Origin: Vulcanimicrobiota bacterium
GTDB taxonomy: Bacteria > Vulcanimicrobiota > Vulcanimicrobiia > Eremiobacterales > Eremiobacteraceae
NCBI GenBank assembly: GCA_963805945.1
Contig: CAWDVP010000001.1
Coordinates: 256,001 to 320,000, forward strand
Reading direction: 5' to 3'
Length of the DNA stretch: 64,000 bases
The notes below the pieces were generated by a model. That model did no database searches. It was not told the origin of the DNA and saw only the letters and a program-made list of their open reading frames with translations. Below, in pieces: positions 58,549 through 64,000 of the stretch (positions are counted from its first letter, which is position 1; each line of letters opens with the position of its first letter). A program made the translations under genes and the position numbers.

Positions 58549-58621
58549 CTCGCCATCTAGGCGTCATGGCGGCGGGTTTTCCTGCCAGGCGCCGCGCGTG
58601 AGCGGCGCGAACCCCCGCGTC

Positions 58622-59295
58622 ATGTTCTTCGATCCGAACTATCTCTGGTACGCGCTGCCGCCGATGCTATTCGGCTTTTGGGCGCAGTGGCGTGTCAGCA
58701 GCGCCTTCAACAAGTACGCGAAAGTGCCGACGAGCAGCGGCATCAACGGCCAGCAGACCGCTGCCCTGCTCATGCAGCGCACCGGCCACGAGTTCGGCGT
58801 CCAACAGGTCCCTGGTGTGCTCACCGACTATTACGACCCGCGCACCAAGACGATGTGCCTCTCGCAGAGCTCGGTGCAGAACTCTGTCGCGTCGGTCGCC
58901 GTCGTCGCGCACGAATTCGGGCACGCGATCCAGGACGTCGAAGGCTACGCGCCGATGCGGCTGCGCAGCGCGCTTGTCCCCATGGTCAAACTCGGCTCGT
59001 GGGTCGGTCCGCTGTTGTTCATCGCGGGTCTGTGGCTGTCGATCATGAACCTGGCGTGGGCCGGCATCATCCTCTTCGGGGCGACGGCCATCTTCGCGAT
59101 CGTGACCTTGCCGGTCGAGCTCAACGCGAGCAGCCGTGCGCTCACCATGCTGCAGTCGAACGGGGTCCTGAGCGCCCAGGAGATGCCAGGGCACAGGCCG
59201 TCCTGAGCGCCGCGGCGCTCACCTATTGCGCTGCGATCACCCAGTCGGTGGCGCAGATCCTGTACTACCTCAGCATCATGGGCCGGCGCAGGTAG
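58622..59295 (+). pseudogene. Neutral zinc metallopeptidase (YugP-like), frameshifted near 59190
   Basis: LTDYYDP, AHEFGHAIQ, TLPVELNASSRA in the first frame; conserved VLSAAALTY C-terminus in another frame. Confidence 0.75.
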
Positions 59296-59441
59296 ACCGC
59301 AGGCCTGCGGGACGGCGGCGGGGCGGCTGTCCGTAATATCCGTATTCTACGTGGTCGCGCGCCCCTAATACCCGGAATAACACCGATTCGAGCGCACCCC
59401 CTGAAAACGTACGATGGAGCCGTGAAAGGGGGGCTTTCCCC

Positions 59442-59777
59442 ATGGTACGGCATCCATCGATCAGCATCACGACCCTCGCGGAGCCTTTCGACGATCAGAG
59501 CCTGGCGCTGCTGAAGGCGGAGTTCCGCCATCACGTCAAGGCGGGCCGCAAGCTGCACGTCATCGACCTCGACCAGCTCGGCTCGTCGGGTTCGTGCGTC
59601 ATCCGGGCGCTCGTGACGGCGCTGCGCATCGTGCGTGAGGTCGGCGGCGAGATCCGCCTGGTCAGTTCGACGCGGCCCATGCAGCGCGTGCTGACCCTCA
59701 CCGCCTTGAACCGCGTGTTCCCCGTGTATCGCACCGTGCACGACGCGGTCGCGGCGCATCGCTCGATTGCGGCGTAA
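59442..59777 (+). CDS. STAS-domain anti-sigma factor antagonist
   Basis: VIDLDQL, GGEIRL, RVLTLTALNRVFPVY.TV.DA. Confidence 0.75.
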   Translation: MVRHPSISITTLAEPFDDQSLALLKAEFRHHVKAGRKLHVIDLDQLGSSGSCVIRALVTALRIVREVGGEIRLVSSTRPMQRVLTLTALNRVFPVYRTVHDAVAAHRSIAA

Positions 59778-59782
59778 GATGA

Positions 59783-59808
59783 GGGCCGACCTAAAGGTCG
59801 GCCCCTAC
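59783..59808 (-). repeat. REP family A
   Basis: GGGCCGACCTAAAGGTCGGCCCCTAC. Confidence 0.8.
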
Positions 59809-59827
59809 ATCGGGTGGCGTTACGGGT

Positions 59828-60625
59828 TTAGCGGCGGGGCCAGCGCGGCTTGCGCTTCTTGAGGAACGCGGTGATGCCTTCGTGCGCGTCGGCCGTAAGC
59901 GCGTTGTACGTCATCACTTCCTTGGTGTAGGCGTATGCCTTGCGCTGCGGCATGTCCATCTGCCGGTAGAACGCTTCCTTGCCGAGCGCGATCACGTTCG
60001 GACTCGATTCGATGATCTGGCCCGCGAGTTGCTTCACCGCATCCTCGAGCCCTGAGCTCAACACGACCTTGTTGATGAGCCCCACCTCGAGCGCTTCCTT
60101 AGCTGAGATCGGCTCGCCGGTGAGCAGCATCTCCATCGCCTTCTTGCGGCCGATCGCCCGCGTGAGCGGCACCATCGGCGTCGAACAGAACAAGCCGATC
60201 TTGACCCCGGGCGTGGCGAACCATGCCGTCTGCGCCGCCACCGCGAGATCGCACGTCGCGACCAGCTGACACCCGGCCGCGGTCGCCGGCCCCTGCACCT
60301 GCGCGATCACGGGCTGGCCTATTTCCTGGATCGTCTCCATGAGCTCGACGCATAGCTCGAAGATGCGCTTGTACTCGATGACCGTGCGGTGCAGCAGTTC
60401 GGTGAGGTCGTGGCCGGATGAGAACACCGAGCCGTTCGCCTTGAGCACGACGACTTGGATCTCGCTCTTCTTCCCCACATCGCGCAGCGCTTTGATGAGC
60501 CGCAGCATCACGTCTTCGGAGAGCGCATTGCGCTTCGCCGGCCGGTTCAACGTTATATAGGCGAGCGGGCCGTCGATCTCGACGAGCACGTCCGCGGTTG
60601 GTGGGGTCAGCAGTGTCGTCGCCAT
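59828..60625 (-). CDS. Enoyl-CoA hydratase/isomerase family protein
   Basis: TLNRPAKRNALS, FSSGHDL, ATAAGCQLVATCD, PGVKIGLFCSTP, EGITAF. Confidence 0.93.
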   Translation of the reverse strand: MATTLLTPPTADVLVEIDGPLAYITLNRPAKRNALSEDVMLRLIKALRDVGKKSEIQVVVLKANGSVFSSGHDLTELLHRTVIEYKRIFELCVELMETIQEIGQPVIAQVQGPATAAGCQLVATCDLAVAAQTAWFATPGVKIGLFCSTPMVPLTRAIGRKKAMEMLLTGEPISAKEALEVGLINKVVLSSGLEDAVKQLAGQIIESSPNVIALGKEAFYRQMDMPQRKAYAYTKEVMTYNALTADAHEGITAFLKKRKPRWPRR

Positions 60626-62280
60626 CAATTGATCCGTTTCTCGCGTCCGGCCCATTCCTTGTCGCGCAGCTTGAACTTCTGCACCTTGCCGGTCGAGGTC
60701 TTCGGCAGCGGGCCGAATTCCACTGTCTTCGGCGCTTTGAAGCGCGCGATCTTCTCGCGGCAGAAGGCGATGATGTCCTCCGCCGTCGCGCTCTCGCCCG
60801 GCTTGAGCGTCACGAACGCTTTCGGCACTTCGCCCCATTTCTCATCGGGCACGCCGACCACCGCGGCTTCGAGCACCGCCGGGTGCGCGTAGATGGCGCG
60901 CTCGACCTCGATGGTCGAGATGTTCTCGCCGCCGCTGATGATGATGTCTTTCGACCGGTCGCGCAGTTCGATGTAGCCGTCCGGGTGCATGACGCCGAGA
61001 TCGCCGGAATGGAACCAGCCGCCGCGAAACGCTTTGTCGGTCGCCGTCTTGTCGTTGAAATAGCCCTGCATGACGTTGTTGCCGCGCATGACCACCTCGC
61101 CCATGGTCGACGCGTCGGCCGGCACGTCGCCCATGTGGTCGTCCACCACCCGCAGTTCGGGCGCGTGGATGAAGCCGACGCCTTGCCGTGCTTTGAGGCG
61201 CGAGCGCTCCTCGGCCGGCTTGCCGTTCCACTCAGGCTTCCACTCGCTCACCGTGTGCGGCCCGTAGGTCTCGGTGAGACCGTAGGCATGCGTGAGCACC
61301 GCGCCCATCGACTCGATCCGCTCGATCACCGTCGGCGGCGGCGGCGCGCCGGCGGTGACGATGCGCAGCGGCCGCGGGAATCTGTAGTCCTTCGTCGGCG
61401 TCTCGGAGGCGAGCATGACGAGCACGGTCGGCGCGCCGCACAGATGGGTCACCTGCTCGCGCTCGATCAGCTCGAAGATCGCTTTCGGTTCGACTTTCGG
61501 CAGCGCGATGTGGCGCGCGCCGGCGGCGGTGACGCCCCACGTGTAGCACCAGCCGTTGCAATGGAACATCGGCAGCGTCCACAGGTAGACGCTCTCGCCC
61601 GTCAGGCCTGAATGGTACACCTCGCCCAGCGCGTTGAGGTACGCGCCGCGATGCGTGTACACGACGCCCTTGGGCCTGCCGGTCGTGCCGCTCGTGTAGT
61701 TGATCGAGATCGGCGCCTCTTCGTCGTCGATGCCGAGATTGAACGGCTCCGGGCTGCCGCCCGCGATGAAGCGCTCGTAGGTGGATCCGCGCAGCGCTGC
61801 GTCGCCGGGCTCATCGCCCACCCAGACGAGCGTCTCGAGCTTGGACTCAGCGCGGCCGGGCGCGATGAGCGGCGCGAAGTCCGGATGCGCGATGATCGCC
61901 TTCGCACCGCAATGCTGAAGGATGTAGCCGATCTCGTCCGCGCTGAGCCGGATGTTGATGGCGACGAGGACGCCGCCGATCTGGGGTACGCCGAAGTGCG
62001 CCTCGAGCGCCTCATCCGAATTATACGCGAGCAGCGCGACGCGATCGCCCTTCTCGATGCCGGCCGAGCGTAGGGCACTCGCCAAGCGGTAGACGCGGGC
62101 GGCGAACTCCCCGTACGCGATGCGGCGCTCGCCGTCGACGACGCCCACCTTGTCATGATACACGTGCGCGCTGCGCTCGACGAACATCAGCGGCGACAGC
62201 AGCGAGCGGTTGACCGCGAGGGCGCTCCATTGGTCGCGCGACCAGAGTTTCTGGAATGTCGGCCGATCGACGTCTATCAT
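60625..62280 (-). CDS. Acyl-CoA synthetase (AMP-binding)
   Basis: YTSGTTGRPKG, PMFHCNGW, YGLTETYG, WFHSGD, DRSKDIIISGGENI, PKTSTGK. Confidence 0.95.
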   Translation of the reverse strand: MIDVDRPTFQKLWSRDQWSALAVNRSLLSPLMFVERSAHVYHDKVGVVDGERRIAYGEFAARVYRLASALRSAGIEKGDRVALLAYNSDEALEAHFGVPQIGGVLVAINIRLSADEIGYILQHCGAKAIIAHPDFAPLIAPGRAESKLETLVWVGDEPGDAALRGSTYERFIAGGSPEPFNLGIDDEEAPISINYTSGTTGRPKGVVYTHRGAYLNALGEVYHSGLTGESVYLWTLPMFHCNGWCYTWGVTAAGARHIALPKVEPKAIFELIEREQVTHLCGAPTVLVMLASETPTKDYRFPRPLRIVTAGAPPPPTVIERIESMGAVLTHAYGLTETYGPHTVSEWKPEWNGKPAEERSRLKARQGVGFIHAPELRVVDDHMGDVPADASTMGEVVMRGNNVMQGYFNDKTATDKAFRGGWFHSGDLGVMHPDGYIELRDRSKDIIISGGENISTIEVERAIYAHPAVLEAAVVGVPDEKWGEVPKAFVTLKPGESATAEDIIAFCREKIARFKAPKTVEFGPLPKTSTGKVQKFKLRDKEWAGREKRIN

Positions 62281-62293
62281 GGCGGCTCCCCGT

Positions 62294-62319
62294 GGGCCGA
62301 CCTAAAGGTCGGCCCCTAC
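62294..62319 (-). repeat. REP family A
   Basis: GGGCCGACCTAAAGGTCGGCCCCTAC, identical to the 59783 copy. Confidence 0.8.
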
Positions 62320-62326
62320 AGACGAT

Positions 62327-63925
62327 CTAGATTTCGAGGGCGGCGATGTTGCGTACTGCTTGGCGCGACGTTCGCCAGACCACCAATGCGACGATCGCAC
62401 ACGTGCCGGCCAGGCCGAGCAAGAGGCCCGCCTCGCCATCCCACACGTCGCGATAGCCCATCCGGCTGAGGCCTAGCAGCGCGCCGCACAGCGCGAGGAC
62501 GAACAGCGCGTTGAGGAAGGGCATGATCATGCGCACGCCGCGATTGATGGCGTTGGGGTTCTCCCAATCGAACGACGGGAAGCGCGTGTCGAAGGCGACG
62601 CCGAAGCACACGGTCGCGGCCGCCACGAGCAGAGCGAACGCCACGAGCGCCATGATGTGCGGGAACCCGAAACCGTAGCCGATGCCGAGCAGCACCGCGG
62701 CGACCACGGAGATCGCCGCCGTCTGCAGGTACGACGAGAGGATCTTCGCGGTGAAGATGTGGCGTGGCGACAGCGGCGCGGCCTCGAGCAGCCAGATGCT
62801 CTTGTGCTCGAGCGAGAGCGCGGTCATCCCCGGATTGAGCCCGTCGAGCACGGCGACGAAGCCGATCTGCATCATGGCCAGCTGCACGGTCAGCGGCAGC
62901 AGCGGCGTCTGCGCCTGATGGCCGACGAGCAGATAGCCGATGAAACCGAGCGAGGCGATGTGGTTGAACCATAGCTGCGGCGAGCGGATGACGACGCTGA
63001 TGTCCTTCCACACGATGGCGGCGATCGGCCGCAATCTCGGCGGCGCCCCCGATGAGATCGCCGTAGCGCGCTTCACCGAGACCGACCTGCTCCATCCCTC
63101 CGCGAACCCGAACGACACGAACGCGAGCGCGATCGGGCAGGCGACGAGCGTGATGAACGCGCTGCCCGCGAGCCAGGCCATGGCGCGCCCGAGGTCGCCG
63201 TTGCCGGCATACGCGAGCAGATGGCCCATCCAGCTGCTCGGCAGCCACAGCGGCGTCACCGGGAGCTGCAGCGAGGTGATGTCTCCCTCGATGTGCGCGA
63301 GGCGCGCGAAGCTCAGCAGCCAGAACGTGGTCGGCACGGCGGCGCCGATCACCCATAACATCTCTTTCGCGGCGCGCGGCGGGATCACGCGCAGGGTCAC
63401 GATGGTGACGCTCGCCAGACCCGCGTACAGCACCGCCGGGAAGAGCGACAAGCCGACGATGGAGATGGGATAGGCCCACCACGGCGCAGCGACACCGGCG
63501 AGATAGCCGATGACGAACGGCAGCAAGAAGACGGCGACGTAGACCTCGTTCTGCGCGACCCCGAGGATGAATTTCGCCACGATGAGGCTCGACGAGCGCA
63601 CCGGCATGGCGAGCAGGATCGGCATGTCGGAGGACAGGTACATGTCGTTGAGCGCTTGCCCGAACGCGATGAAGAGGTCGGTGAACAGGTACACCAGGAA
63701 AGCCCAGCTCGCGACGCTGAGCAGCAGCGCGGTGGCGTTGGCGGCGACCAGCGCCCGCACGCCGACGTACGAGCCGATGAATATCATGAACACGAGGACC
63801 GCCGACGCCGCGCCCGCGGCGATGTACAGCTTGCGGCTCGTCCAGTCGCGCTGCGATGCCAAGATGCGGAAGCGGATGAGACGCGAGGTGAGCATGAGCG
63901 TCTCCGCCACCGGACCGCGGTTCAT
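62327..63925 (-). CDS. ABC-2 type transporter permease
   Basis: Multi-TM; YLSSDMPILLAMP, LSLEHKSIWLL, FPSFDWENP; ATGA overlap with upstream ATPase. Confidence 0.8.
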   Translation of the reverse strand: MNRGPVAETLMLTSRLIRFRILASQRDWTSRKLYIAAGAASAVLVFMIFIGSYVGVRALVAANATALLLSVASWAFLVYLFTDLFIAFGQALNDMYLSSDMPILLAMPVRSSSLIVAKFILGVAQNEVYVAVFLLPFVIGYLAGVAAPWWAYPISIVGLSLFPAVLYAGLASVTIVTLRVIPPRAAKEMLWVIGAAVPTTFWLLSFARLAHIEGDITSLQLPVTPLWLPSSWMGHLLAYAGNGDLGRAMAWLAGSAFITLVACPIALAFVSFGFAEGWSRSVSVKRATAISSGAPPRLRPIAAIVWKDISVVIRSPQLWFNHIASLGFIGYLLVGHQAQTPLLPLTVQLAMMQIGFVAVLDGLNPGMTALSLEHKSIWLLEAAPLSPRHIFTAKILSSYLQTAAISVVAAVLLGIGYGFGFPHIMALVAFALLVAAATVCFGVAFDTRFPSFDWENPNAINRGVRMIMPFLNALFVLALCGALLGLSRMGYRDVWDGEAGLLLGLAGTCAIVALVVWRTSRQAVRNIAALEI

Positions 63926-64000
63926 GCCGGTTCGGCCTCGCGGAAGATATCCGCGATCCGGCGATCCTCCACCCCGCCGGTGAGGTTCAAGAAGATCTCC
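63922..64000 (-). CDS. ABC ATP-binding protein, C-terminal fragment (partial)
   Basis: EIFLNLTGG...* typical ABC-2 ATPase tail. Confidence 0.6.
   Translation of the reverse strand, partial: EIFLNLTGGVEDRRIADIFREAEPA

Noticed and set aside
1..64000. CRISPR array, tRNA/rRNA, IS, integrase or prophage
   Set aside because: Palindromic repeats are dispersed rather than arrayed with spacers; no cas, transposase, integrase, phage or recognisable tRNA/rRNA sequence seen by eye.

Overview
High-GC bacterial chromosomal window, densely coding (about 58 CDS), with no rRNA, tRNA, CRISPR array or transposase recognisable. The gene style (STAND-LuxR regulators, stand-alone TonB-C protein, Uma2, CCG-type SDH, leaderless and SigH-like promoters) suggests a Terrabacteria soil lineage such as Eremiobacterota; this is inference only. 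Main content: nagA and asparaginase, a DUF4129/DUF4350/MoxR/DUF58/SpoIIM/RDD cluster, a split HcrABC-like molybdoenzyme, a desaturase plus cyclopropane synthase pair, an ECF sigma/anti-sigma pair, SdhA-SdhB-CCG (type-E-like succinate dehydrogenase), ABC exporters, amtB, serA plus a histidine phosphatase, a BlaI/M56 pair, and acyl-CoA ligase plus hydratase. The stand-out is a candidate split-borosin RiPP locus at 25.5-26.9 kb. It pairs a stand-alone OphMA/SonM-type backbone alpha-N-methyltransferase with intact Y-R-Y catalytic spacing and a 155-aa precursor carrying a SonA-like borosin-binding domain, three GGHVQ repeats and a Lys-rich tail, followed by a STAND-LuxR regulator. Other notable signals: three dispersed REP-like palindrome families (one flanking Uma2), a recurrent AGG-N18-20-GAAC promoter motif, two small membrane ORFs, an SD-sequestering 5' leader, a rod-like RNA candidate before a PilZ gene, and a frameshifted zinc peptidase. 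All family assignments are by eye from motifs; no database searches were run.
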